A stretch of DNA of 64,000 nucleotides from an uncultured archaeon (GTDB lineage: Archaea > Thermoproteota > Nitrososphaeria_A > Caldarchaeales > Calditenuaceae), in NCBI GenBank assembly GCA_938017985.1, contig CALIKS010000001.1, positions 277,348 through 341,347 of the forward strand, written 5' to 3'. The notes beneath the pieces were generated by a model. It saw nothing but the letters and a program-made list of their open reading frames with translations, searched no databases and was not told where the DNA came from. This document shows, piece by piece, positions 37,311 through 46,392 of this stretch; position 1 is the stretch's first letter; each line of letters begins with the position of its first letter. The translations under genes and the position numbers were made by a program.

Positions 37311-38894
37311 TTAAATTTGAAATGATGGTCTCCCATTAAGCATCGTAGCAAGTATGTATATGTATCCATCGATGATTGCCTTTAAACTAGCCTCAACAAT
37401 GTTTCGTGAAACAGCTGTTGTTGCCCAACTCTTGTTATTCCACAAGAACTCAGTATAAACTCGGACAGTGGCCGCTGTCCCGTCATTACTGTCGAGCACA
37501 GTCACCTTATAGTTTACTAATTTTACGTTGGAAAGTATTGGAAACTTTTTTGAGATGGCCGATTTGACTGCTTCGTCAAGTGCATGGACGGGCCCTACAC
37601 CTTCCCCAATAGCTGTAATCGTTTCACTATTTACGTCAATAGAAACAATGGCTCTTGAGAATATTTTACCTATGTTGAGTGTCTCCACCCACCATGTTCT
37701 TACATTAAAGAACTGGGGTAACCGACCAATCGCTTTTAGAATTATTAAACATACAGTCGCGTCAGCAAACTCTAATTGATAACCACTAGCCTCGAGATTT
37801 TTAATTTCTTCCAACGCTTTTGACAACTCTTCCTTGGACAAAGTGATTCCAAGCTTCTCAGAATAGTAAAGAAGAGCTGAACGCCCCGACAACTCTGATA
37901 TTGATAATAATCTTTCATTTCCTACTGATGAGGGGTCAATGTGCTCATATGTTTTAGGATTCTTCAATATCGCATCAACATGTATACCAGCCTTATGCGC
38001 AAACGCATAACGACCAATATATGGTTGTCTCGGACTAATGTTAATGTTCAAGAGATCAGCTATATGATGTGATAATTCAGTCAGTTTTCTCATTTTTTCT
38101 AACGCTCTACCACCTAATATGTCGTAACCCATCTTAACTGCGAGGATAGGTATTAGTGTTGTGAGGTCAGCATTACCGCATCGCTCTCCTAGCCCTAACA
38201 TCGTTCCTTGGATATGACGCACGCCCTCCTCCACAGCAATTATGGAATTAGCGACTGCTACACCCGAGTCGTTATGAGCATGAATACCGAGACGCCCACT
38301 GAACAACTTTCTAACTTCTTTAGTAATTTCTCTTAACTCTGTCGGCATTGTTCCACCATTAGTGTCGCAAAGAACAATCGTTCTAGCACCAGCGTCATAG
38401 GCAGCTCTTAATACATTCAACGCGTAGCTACTTGATTCTTTCCAACCATCAAAGAAATGTTCAGCATCAAAGATAACCTCGAGTCCATGGTCTTTCAAAT
38501 AGCTGATTGAGTCTGTAATCATCTTGATGTTTTCTTCTTCTGTGCAGCGGAGAACTTCACGGACGTGGAGTGTCCATGCTTTTCCGAAGATGACTGCGAT
38601 AGGGACTTCAGACTTGAGGATGCTGTTTATCATGGGGTCATCTTCTGTCTTCATATCTACTCTACGGGTACTTCCGAATGCAGCTAATCTACTATAGCTC
38701 AGTCCAACTTCTTTAACAAGTCTATAAAATTCTGTGTCTTTGGGATTCGAACCTGGCCATCCTGCCTCTATAATGTCTACTCCTAATTCATCTAACAGTT
38801 CAGTAATTTTTAGTTTATCATTTAGGGTAAAAGAGATGCCTCTAGTTTGTGCTCCATCCCTAAGGGTCGTGTCGAGTAATTCAACGTAATCGAT
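37311..38894 (-). CDS. cimA: (R)-citramalate synthase / 2-isopropylmalate synthase family enzyme (CimA-type, about 527 aa)
   Basis: The ORF track gives only 37311..38654. The same frame continues upstream for 80 codons encoding the catalytic N-terminus (DYVELLDTTLRDGAQTRGISF...IIEAGWPGSNPKD) back to a TGA stop. The first codon after that stop is ATC 38894-38892, 5 nt after GGGTG. Downstream motifs HAHNDSGVAVANS, GERCGNA and a LeuA-dimer-like C-domain. Confidence 0.75.
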   Translation of the reverse strand: MDYVELLDTTLRDGAQTRGISFTLNDKLKITELLDELGVDIIEAGWPGSNPKDTEFYRLVKEVGLSYSRLAAFGSTRRVDMKTEDDPMINSILKSEVPIAVIFGKAWTLHVREVLRCTEEENIKMITDSISYLKDHGLEVIFDAEHFFDGWKESSSYALNVLRAAYDAGARTIVLCDTNGGTMPTELREITKEVRKLFSGRLGIHAHNDSGVAVANSIIAVEEGVRHIQGTMLGLGERCGNADLTTLIPILAVKMGYDILGGRALEKMRKLTELSHHIADLLNINISPRQPYIGRYAFAHKAGIHVDAILKNPKTYEHIDPSSVGNERLLSISELSGRSALLYYSEKLGITLSKEELSKALEEIKNLEASGYQLEFADATVCLIILKAIGRLPQFFNVRTWWVETLNIGKIFSRAIVSIDVNSETITAIGEGVGPVHALDEAVKSAISKKFPILSNVKLVNYKVTVLDSNDGTAATVRVYTEFLWNNKSWATTAVSRNIVEASLKAIIDGYIYILATMLNGRPSFQI

Positions 38895-39114
38895 TCAGAC
38901 ACCCTTGTTTTTTATTTTCGCCCTAATATATAAACATAACATTAACATCTATCATCAAAATAATGCACATTAAGCCGAGAGTCGATTATGAAGAGTTCTA
39001 GTCCTTACAAATCACTACAAAAAATACAATATCTCTATATAATTAAACCCTAAGTATCTAGTAAATTGAGAAAATTTACATGAATGAAAAAATTGACGTC
39101 GAGGCGAATATCGA

Positions 39115-41226
39115 TTGGCAAAAGACATAGTTTGTGGGATGTTTGTTGATGAAGATAAGACTCCGTTTAAGGTTGTGCGCAGAAATATTACATATTATTT
39201 CTGCAGTGAGAATTGTCTTAACATTTTCCTATCACCTGAGAGAGAGCTTCACCATCTCAAAACAATGACTATTATGGCATTTGCCTTAGGAGGCTTAATC
39301 GCATTCTTTGAGCATCTTCATTTATTGAATTTGCCTATTCCTAAACATTTCCTGCTTTTCTTACTTGCGACACCTGTACAGTTTGTAGCCGGATGGTCCT
39401 TCTATAGGGGTTTTCTGGACGCTGTAAAATCGAGGCAGGCGAACATGGACGCCCTAATAGCGATTGGAACGACGACAGCGTGGCTCTACAGCTCGCTATA
39501 CACCTTTCAATCATTGAACTTAATTCCAGAGATCTTTCCAGAATTGGTAAGTAATGGCCAAGGAGTATACTTCACAGAGTCAAGCCTAATCATCAGTTTC
39601 GTCTTATTAGGCAGAGTAATGGAGCATACAGTAGAAGGAAGAGCATCTGACGCTCTTAGAAAATTGCTTGATATTCAGCCGAGGATGGCGACAGTGATCA
39701 GAAATGAAAATGAAGAGCAAATCCCGGTTGAGCAAGTCAAAGTAGGCGAAATAACGATTGTACGTCCGGGTGAAAAAATACCAGTCGACGGAGAGATTAT
39801 CGAAGGATACTCATACGTCGATCAATCCGTGATTACTGGCGAGAGCATGCCTGTGGAGAAGAAAATTGGAGATTATGTTATAGGAGGTACAATTAATTTG
39901 AGGGGCATAATAAAGATAATGGCTACGAAAGTTGGCACGGACACCATGCTCTCCCAAGTAGTGAGGATGGTCGAGGAGGCCATACTCTCAAGAGCCCCGA
40001 TGCAAAACCTTGCAGATAGGGTAGCTAAATATTTAGTTCCCCTCGTGATCATTATTGCCGCTGCATCATTCATCTTCTGGCACTGGGTAGTAGGTCTTCC
40101 ACTAGGTACAGCACTCATCTTTTTAATCTCGGTCTTAATAATTGCTTGTCCCTGCGCTCTTGGAATAGCTATTCCAGCTGCATTAATGATTGGCGCGGGT
40201 AAAAGTGCACAATATGGAATTCTAATTAAGAACGGCGAATATTTTGAGAAGCTCGCTAAACTGGATATGATAGTCTTTGATAAAACTGGAACTCTAACCA
40301 GCGGTGAGCCGAAGGTGACTGATGTCTTAGCTTTTAATGATTTTACCGAGGAAGAAGTCCTGACCCTAGCAGTCACGTTAGAGAGGGGTTCTAAGCATCC
40401 ATTAGGCGAGACAATAATAAGATTCGCGAGCCAAAAAAACATCATTGCCGTACAAGATCCGGAAACATTCGAAGAATTGCCCGGCCAGGGAATAAGAGCA
40501 ACGCTAAATGGACGAGACATACTTCTCGGTAACTTAAAACTGATGAAAAATTACGGGACTGAAATTAATGGACAAGTAAATAGCATATTAGAGAGTCTTG
40601 AGGAAGAAGGAAAAACAGTCATTTTGCTCGCATGTGATAATCAAATAATGGGCTTGATCGCGTTTTCAGACGTTATCAAGGATGAAGCTTATGAAGTAGT
40701 TGAAAGACTAAAATCTATGAAGATCGAGGTAGCTCTTCTTACGGGTGATAATAAAAGAGTCGCGGAAGCAGTTGCGAAAAAGCTGAAAATCAAGACCTTC
40801 TTTGCCGAGGTCGCTCCGGACGAGAAAGCTGGCCTCATCAAAAAATTAAGAGGAGAGGGCAGAGTCGTCGCGATGGTTGGCGATGGAATAAATGACGCAC
40901 CAGCACTAGTTCAGGCAGATGTAGGAATAGCGATAGGAAGCGGAACAGACATTGCACGGGAGGCAGGAGGAATAATTCTGATAAAGAATGAATTAAGAGA
41001 TATATTAGTTGCTATTGAATTGTCAAAAAATGTCGTCCGAAAGATGAAGGAAAATCTTTTCTGGGCATTTTTCTATAATATTGTCCTGATACCCATCGCG
41101 GCTGGAGTACTCTACCCAATTGGAATTTTATTTAACCCCATTTTCGCTGCAGTAGCAATGGCAACAAGCGACATAACAGTGGTCACGAACTCAATGCTGT
41201 TAAACCGGTATAAACCAAAAAATTAG
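39115..41226 (+). CDS. copA: P1B-type heavy-metal (Cu+/Ag+-type) transporting ATPase with an N-terminal TRASH/YHS metal-binding domain
   Basis: N-terminal Cx22Cx3C (CGMFVD...YYFCSENC). TGES, CPC in [35 protein letters not shown]. Confidence 0.85.
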   Translation: MAKDIVCGMFVDEDKTPFKVVRRNITYYFCSENCLNIFLSPERELHHLKTMTIMAFALGGLIAFFEHLHLLNLPIPKHFLLFLLATPVQFVAGWSFYRGFLDAVKSRQANMDALIAIGTTTAWLYSSLYTFQSLNLIPEIFPELVSNGQGVYFTESSLIISFVLLGRVMEHTVEGRASDALRKLLDIQPRMATVIRNENEEQIPVEQVKVGEITIVRPGEKIPVDGEIIEGYSYVDQSVITGESMPVEKKIGDYVIGGTINLRGIIKIMATKVGTDTMLSQVVRMVEEAILSRAPMQNLADRVAKYLVPLVIIIAAASFIFWHWVVGLPLGTALIFLISVLIIACPCALGIAIPAALMIGAGKSAQYGILIKNGEYFEKLAKLDMIVFDKTGTLTSGEPKVTDVLAFNDFTEEEVLTLAVTLERGSKHPLGETIIRFASQKNIIAVQDPETFEELPGQGIRATLNGRDILLGNLKLMKNYGTEINGQVNSILESLEEEGKTVILLACDNQIMGLIAFSDVIKDEAYEVVERLKSMKIEVALLTGDNKRVAEAVAKKLKIKTFFAEVAPDEKAGLIKKLRGEGRVVAMVGDGINDAPALVQADVGIAIGSGTDIAREAGGIILIKNELRDILVAIELSKNVVRKMKENLFWAFFYNIVLIPIAAGVLYPIGILFNPIFAAVAMATSDITVVTNSMLLNRYKPKN

Positions 41227-41262
41227 CATGAGTTGCCTTTCTAGCTCTGACAAGAATAATAT

Positions 41263-41320
41263 GGTCAGGCTGCCCGTCGAGGCCTCATAGTCGCCTCGGC
41301 GTGGACATTGCTCATCATCC
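41263..41320 (-). ncRNA. candidate C/D-box sRNA (58 nt)
   Basis: The minus strand reads GG-ATGATGA-GCAATGTCCACG-CCGA-GGCG-ACTATGA-...-CTGA-CC. It has a perfect C box (RUGAUGA) and D box (CUGA) closed by a GG/CC terminal pair, a 12-nt first guide, a degenerate D' (CCGA) and a degenerate C'. It is an isolated GC-rich element in an AT-rich spacer. Confidence 0.4.
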
Positions 41321-41393
41321 CATTTTTACAAATTATCACCCTCCTTAAAAGTCTCTCCACGCTATAACGCATTTTAAATCCTACTCATGGTAA

Positions 41394-41843
41394 ATGCTTG
41401 AATACTCGTTTACACATAGTTTTGTCATGAATAATGTGAATAGAGAGTCAGCGATTCGTCAAATCCTGAGAAACGAAAATACTAGTCCTGAATTTATGGT
41501 AGCAGCAGATATCATGAGGTCAATGGTAATTCTTTATGGCTCTGGCTGGGAGAGTGATGTTCTAGACGTGATTGCTGGATTATGGACAGTCAAGAATCTA
41601 TCAATGGAGATGATTGGCGAACTTCAATCAAAATTCCGAGATGGAGTAAAAATCCTCGAGGACTTAGGAATAATAACAGTCGAGACTAGTCTCAGATCGT
41701 ATCTTGACGAGTCAAAACCTTTTGAAGAAAAATTTTACAAGGCACAAGACCTAATGACGCTTATGCGTCTATTCGTGGCAGACCGATACATAGATAAGTA
41801 TAGATTTGAAGTAAGTGGTTGGGTTACTCCAAGAAAAGAATAG
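41394..41843 (+). CDS. hypothetical protein
   Basis: 149-aa ORF directly upstream of, and co-oriented with, the ThyX-like gene. No motif recognised. The start may be the internal Met (MNNVNRE). Confidence 0.4.
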   Translation: MLEYSFTHSFVMNNVNRESAIRQILRNENTSPEFMVAADIMRSMVILYGSGWESDVLDVIAGLWTVKNLSMEMIGELQSKFRDGVKILEDLGIITVETSLRSYLDESKPFEEKFYKAQDLMTLMRLFVADRYIDKYRFEVSGWVTPRKE

Positions 41844-41895
41844 CTAATCCTTGTAGCTAGAAATTATTTATCAAGCGGAACAGTCTAGGAATTAC

Positions 41896-43329
41896 TTGAA
41901 ATTGAGCAAACAGCACTACACTGATGAATTAGAAATAGATGTTTTAGAAGTCGCACCATCAATTAAATATAAAAATACCTATATCGGTCCCGACGAGATA
42001 ATAGCAATTGAAGGATCAGGCACATTTGAGCGGGTTTCTTTAAAAGAGAAGATTGAAGCAATGACTGAACAGAAGATTGACTTAAAAAAATTTACAAGAA
42101 CTGTCCATCGGGAATCGACTAGGCGTGGACATGCATCATTATCAACTTCTGCCGTCATTTTTTCTGAGGTAAGGAATTGTAGCCGTCTCCTGACTATGCT
42201 ACTTGTATCTCCACCCTATGGAAGCTATCTACAAGAGAGTCAAAGACGCTCAATAATAAAGAGAGACAGTCTTCTAATACCGGCAGAACTGAAGAACAAA
42301 AAATTAGAATCTCAATTCATAAAATCGCTAGATAACTCGCTCAATGTCTATTATTGGTTAATCGATAAAGGAATCAAATTAGAAGATGCCAGGTACGTTA
42401 TTCCATTAGCATGTTCATCGTCCCTTTTCTCGTCAGCATCATTAGAGTCATTCATTTACTTAATAAGTAAAGTGAATAAAAAAATTGGAATAGTTCCCAT
42501 AGAGCTAAATCATTATGTCAATAAACTCTTAGAATTTTTGCAAGCATTCATCCCTGAACTACTTAATGCAAGACTCGATTTCTGCAACTCGAATAATTAC
42601 TACCCTATGGTTGATCCTCTGCGAGAGACGGACTACTTAATAAGCCGAGTCATAAATGGTAGTCCAAAGTTAGGAGCTGAGATAATAAAAATAGAATCCA
42701 TAGGCAGAGCTGAAGAAATAGTATCTGCAGCTGACATTAGTAAACTTAATGCTTACAACAATTTCTTTAGAGTTGTAACTTGCGAAGTATTATCACTGGC
42801 AGCCTATCATCAAGCGATAAGGCATAGAACTGTACACACCATGGTCGAGCCAATTCCAGAAGCAGTTGAAAGAGCTAAGAAAAACCGTGATAAATACATC
42901 GTAGTTCCTCCTTCGATTAAGATTCGTGAAGAATTGTCAATTCGGTTCCTAGACGCTGTAGATGAATTGATGACTCTTCATGATATACTAATAGGTGAAA
43001 ACGAGCATGAGGCTGCTCTTTACGCAACGCCTCAGTCAGTAGCAATAACTACCATTAGGTCCTATAATCTTTTCAATCTCGTGTATCCTATGGGATTCAT
43101 TGCTACAAGGACCTGTAGCAAGGCTCAATGGGAAGAGAGAAGCATTGCGTATAAAATATGGCAAGATATTGAAAAACAGGCAGCTTGGCTCTCGCAACTG
43201 CTGGGGGAAAAATGCAAACATCTGGGCTATTGTCCAGAGAGAGAGTGGTGCCCAATAATTCTGAAATACAGGGAATATACAGATGATCTGCATCAAAAAT
43301 ATTTTAAGGGATTTATGGAGAAAAAATAA
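41896..43329 (+). CDS. tandem (fused pseudo-dimeric) ThyX-like protein with a Cys-rich C-terminal tail
   Basis: Half 1: RGHASL...VIFSEVRNCSRLL...SPPYGSYLQESQRR and EDARYVIPLA. Half 2: FFRVVTCEVLSLAAYHQAIRHRTVH, ALYATPQS, CSKAQWEERSIAYKIW. Both align by eye to ThyX blocks (GHxSxxEH, RHRxxSxxxxSxRY, ARxxLP, AQWEIR). TTG start. Confidence 0.5.
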   Translation: MKLSKQHYTDELEIDVLEVAPSIKYKNTYIGPDEIIAIEGSGTFERVSLKEKIEAMTEQKIDLKKFTRTVHRESTRRGHASLSTSAVIFSEVRNCSRLLTMLLVSPPYGSYLQESQRRSIIKRDSLLIPAELKNKKLESQFIKSLDNSLNVYYWLIDKGIKLEDARYVIPLACSSSLFSSASLESFIYLISKVNKKIGIVPIELNHYVNKLLEFLQAFIPELLNARLDFCNSNNYYPMVDPLRETDYLISRVINGSPKLGAEIIKIESIGRAEEIVSAADISKLNAYNNFFRVVTCEVLSLAAYHQAIRHRTVHTMVEPIPEAVERAKKNRDKYIVVPPSIKIREELSIRFLDAVDELMTLHDILIGENEHEAALYATPQSVAITTIRSYNLFNLVYPMGFIATRTCSKAQWEERSIAYKIWQDIEKQAAWLSQLLGEKCKHLGYCPEREWCPIILKYREYTDDLHQKYFKGFMEKK

Positions 43330-44176
43330 TTGATGCGTATCCAACAACCGCACTTTTGTCACCAGTGATGTCCCCACTAGTGGAATATTTTAGGCATTTA
43401 GCTGACCTATAACCGATTTTATCTGCGAAAGTCATTACTGCTGCTATTGGTCCGTATCCGCAGAGTGAGGCTTTTCTATTCCTAATCTCTTGATAAAAAC
43501 CATCGACGTCTAGACTTAATATTTTCTCGATGACTGGCAGATCTCTTTTTATTGCTTCCTCATGTGGTAGATAGTGAGAAAAGTCAGAAGACGCAACTAA
43601 TAATATCTTCTCTGGTTCTCTAATGGCCTCCGCCAATGCTCTGCCTACGGTCTTAGCGACTCCTATTGATTGATTCAGCATACATATAGGCACAAATTTT
43701 ATTTCGCCATAGACATATTGAATAAAAGGTAGCTGGACCTCTATTGAGTGTTCCTCAATGTGACTAAACTCATCGAGTGAGAAGATGTCAGAGACGCTTA
43801 ATAATTTGTTAACAAGATGTTTATCTATGCTAGCTTCTCCGAGCGGGGTTGTCCATGTACCATGCGGATATATCGAGACATCAGTACCCATTCCAGAATG
43901 ATTAGGACCAATAACTATTATGCTTTCAGGCCTTTTTCTTGAATATAATTCAAAATATCCGAAGGCTGCAACTGGGCCAGAATACATGTAGCCAGCGTGT
44001 GGAGAAATAAGGACCGGTGGAGGCATATTTGTCTCTTTAAATGCCCCTGGACGCTGACCGGGACCATGAGGAGAAGCGAAACAAGAGCTTATCTGAAGTA
44101 GTAATTCATCTTTGTCTGCCTCATAAAATGTACCAGCAGCGGCCGGCATCCGCTTACTCATTCCTATCCCTCCCAA
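43313..44176 (-). CDS. MEMO1-family protein (AmmeMemoRadiSam system protein B-like)
   Basis: PAAAGTFYEAD, ISPHAGYMYSGPVAA, VIGPNH, VASSDFSHYLPHEEA, LCGYGPI. Classic Memo motifs. Confidence 0.8.
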   Translation of the reverse strand: MGGIGMSKRMPAAAGTFYEADKDELLLQISSCFASPHGPGQRPGAFKETNMPPPVLISPHAGYMYSGPVAAFGYFELYSRKRPESIIVIGPNHSGMGTDVSIYPHGTWTTPLGEASIDKHLVNKLLSVSDIFSLDEFSHIEEHSIEVQLPFIQYVYGEIKFVPICMLNQSIGVAKTVGRALAEAIREPEKILLVASSDFSHYLPHEEAIKRDLPVIEKILSLDVDGFYQEIRNRKASLCGYGPIAAVMTFADKIGYRSAKCLKYSTSGDITGDKSAVVGYASIIFSP

Positions 44177-44390
44177 TCTTAATAATTACTGGCTGGTTAT
44201 AAGTCATCATAATGTATCCAAGTACTACAATAATTATTAATATTACGAAGATGACTGAGTATATTCCGACTTTCACGGCAAGTTCAGGCTCGAGACCTTT
44301 AATAAACCCAAGCATCCACAAAGTGTATATAATCAAGAGTAAAGCAGCTACTAACATCATCAGCAAGCCTAGAAATTTGGAAATCCTCAT
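44154..44390 (-). CDS. small membrane protein (2 TM)
   Basis: 78 aa with two long hydrophobic helices. Its 3' end overlaps the Memo-like start by 23 nt, suggesting co-transcription. Confidence 0.4.
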   Translation of the reverse strand: MRISKFLGLLMMLVAALLLIIYTLWMLGFIKGLEPELAVKVGIYSVIFVILIIIVVLGYIMMTYNQPVIIKIGRDRNE

Positions 44391-44597
44391 CTCGCATCTC
44401 TCGTTAAGTTGTCAATATTCATATAAATAAAGATAATTCTTTAATGTTAATACAAAATTATGATACTAAGCTGTTTTTATAAATATTAAAAAACAAAGTA
44501 TAAATCACATTTATAACAATTTCAGCAATAATATTAACTTCGTTTTAATAGACATAGAGAAAGCTTATAAACAAGGTTCCTTGACAATGTAGTTAGA

Positions 44598-46325
44598 ATG
44601 ACAGAAATAGTACTAACATTTGACCCATCACTTGGACATATGTATCATAACTTTCCTCTTCTCAGTTTTCTTCCATGCGCCCCAGTTAGATTCGTACCTC
44701 CTCCCGTTTATTATTATCTAAGCAATCCAGACACTCCTTCTGATGAATATGGCAGAGCCATTCTAGCACCTTACGGTATTAGGAAAATTGAGGCAAGTCT
44801 GAAAAAATTCTCCAAGCTGCAATGCGATGTTGCTCACCCTAGATATATTCAGAGATTCATCGGTCCAGATACCAAGATCATTGGAGTCAATACTATGGAT
44901 CCCTTAGGCATTGGGCCGCTTACACTTACTTTTAATAACGCTGGGCGAGAAAGGTCATGGGTTACTGAGGAAGTTGATGGACTCTTCAGAAAGATAAATG
45001 TTTTGAGAAGGGAAAAATGTCCTAAGGCAAAGCTAATTGTAGGTGGATATGGGGAGTGGGAGTTTGAACATAGGCCTGAAATGCTTGATTATTGGAGTAT
45101 TGATTATGCAGTACAGGGAGAGATGGACGACCTTATTCACATTTTGTTCGAGCAGTTAATAGAGGATAGTATTGATGAGTCCATCTTTATGTTTGGATAT
45201 AAATCGACTGATTTTGATTCCTCAGGGCACCCAAGGACTCGTTATAAAAAAGACCCAAATGGCAAGTTCATATGTAGAAATCCGTCCTCCAAGTATAAAT
45301 TGCCATCCATAGAGCAGATTCCAACGATTGTTAATCCAGCAATTAGTGGTCAAGTAGAAATTATGCGTGGATGCGGGATAGATTGCGATTTTTGTGAAGT
45401 GACGACTAGGCCTTTAAGACATTATCCACCGGCTAAGGTCCTCGAAGAAGTGAAAGTCAATCTTAGAGCCGGTATTAAAAATGCATGGTTAATAACTGAC
45501 AATCAATGGGCCTATATGCTTAAAAAATCTGACTACTGGCCGAACAAAGAAGCGATATTTGAATTGTATAGGACGATATTATCATTTAACGGAGTTAATC
45601 ATATAAATCCGATGCATGCAACGCTGGCACCAGTCGCCGCCGACCCTGAGCTTGCATTTGGAATTGCAAAATTTGTGAGAGCTGGACCCGACAAGCACAT
45701 AGGAGTCCAGATAGGATTAGAAACTGGGAGTGATAGGTTGATTAACCTACATTCGCGTAGAAAAGCTTTACCCCTTAAAGTCGGCGTCGATGCTACTTGG
45801 GCAGAAATTGTAATAGAGGCCCAGAGAATTTACAACAGTGCTTATTGGATTCCTGCTTATACTATACTTTTCGGGCAGGAAGGAGAGGAGGACGAAGATA
45901 ATTGGGACACGATAGGTTTGATTAACGCGATGGCGGCTGAAAATCTATACTTCACGGTTACTCCCATGGCGTTAGTAAATTTAGGCTCTCTTAGGGGTAC
46001 TAATAGATTAACAGACATCTATCGGAACCTTACTCCCGCCCAAGCAGCGCTCATTTATGTGTGCTGGAGAAATACAAAAAGAATGGCTGAAGCCCTTGCA
46101 TGGAGGCTAAGCAAAGATAACCCTGTTTTTAGAGTACTGACAAGTATGATACTAAACCTAGGAGCCTATATATGGCTGCATACTATTGAGAGATATTTAG
46201 TAAAGATAAATCCTGAGGCTGAGCGGGCCATTGAGAAAGCAAAGAGATACGCCGAGACTAAAAAGATGGGAACCGACTTCAATAAGCTAAGAGAAGAATT
46301 TAAGTCGATGAAAATAAGAGCGTAG
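44598..46325 (+). CDS. large radical-SAM protein with an N-terminal B12-binding-like/Rossmann-like region (archaeal MJ0865/MJ1487-like class)
   Basis: CX3CX2C motif in EIMRGCGIDCDFCEVT. The upstream about 250 aa have alternating beta-alpha character (IIGVNTMDPLG, KLIVGGYG). The family name is from memory. Confidence 0.6.
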   Translation: MTEIVLTFDPSLGHMYHNFPLLSFLPCAPVRFVPPPVYYYLSNPDTPSDEYGRAILAPYGIRKIEASLKKFSKLQCDVAHPRYIQRFIGPDTKIIGVNTMDPLGIGPLTLTFNNAGRERSWVTEEVDGLFRKINVLRREKCPKAKLIVGGYGEWEFEHRPEMLDYWSIDYAVQGEMDDLIHILFEQLIEDSIDESIFMFGYKSTDFDSSGHPRTRYKKDPNGKFICRNPSSKYKLPSIEQIPTIVNPAISGQVEIMRGCGIDCDFCEVTTRPLRHYPPAKVLEEVKVNLRAGIKNAWLITDNQWAYMLKKSDYWPNKEAIFELYRTILSFNGVNHINPMHATLAPVAADPELAFGIAKFVRAGPDKHIGVQIGLETGSDRLINLHSRRKALPLKVGVDATWAEIVIEAQRIYNSAYWIPAYTILFGQEGEEDEDNWDTIGLINAMAAENLYFTVTPMALVNLGSLRGTNRLTDIYRNLTPAQAALIYVCWRNTKRMAEALAWRLSKDNPVFRVLTSMILNLGAYIWLHTIERYLVKINPEAERAIEKAKRYAETKKMGTDFNKLREEFKSMKIRA

Positions 46326-46392
46326 CCATGCATCGTCTCTCCCGTTAATACTTATTTCAAAGTTAGTTACTTAGACAAATTGAAGCTAAGCA

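Noticed and set aside
39873-40520. 215-aa ORF antisense to the copA-type ATPase, and similar long antisense ORFs at 4583-4945, 52009-52374, 53183-53512, 55254-55700, 57240-57659 and 62644-62985
   Set aside because: Each lies entirely inside a gene that carries strong family motifs on the other strand. Their translations are low-complexity (Ser/Pro/Ile-rich) with no motifs. They are typical shadow ORFs.
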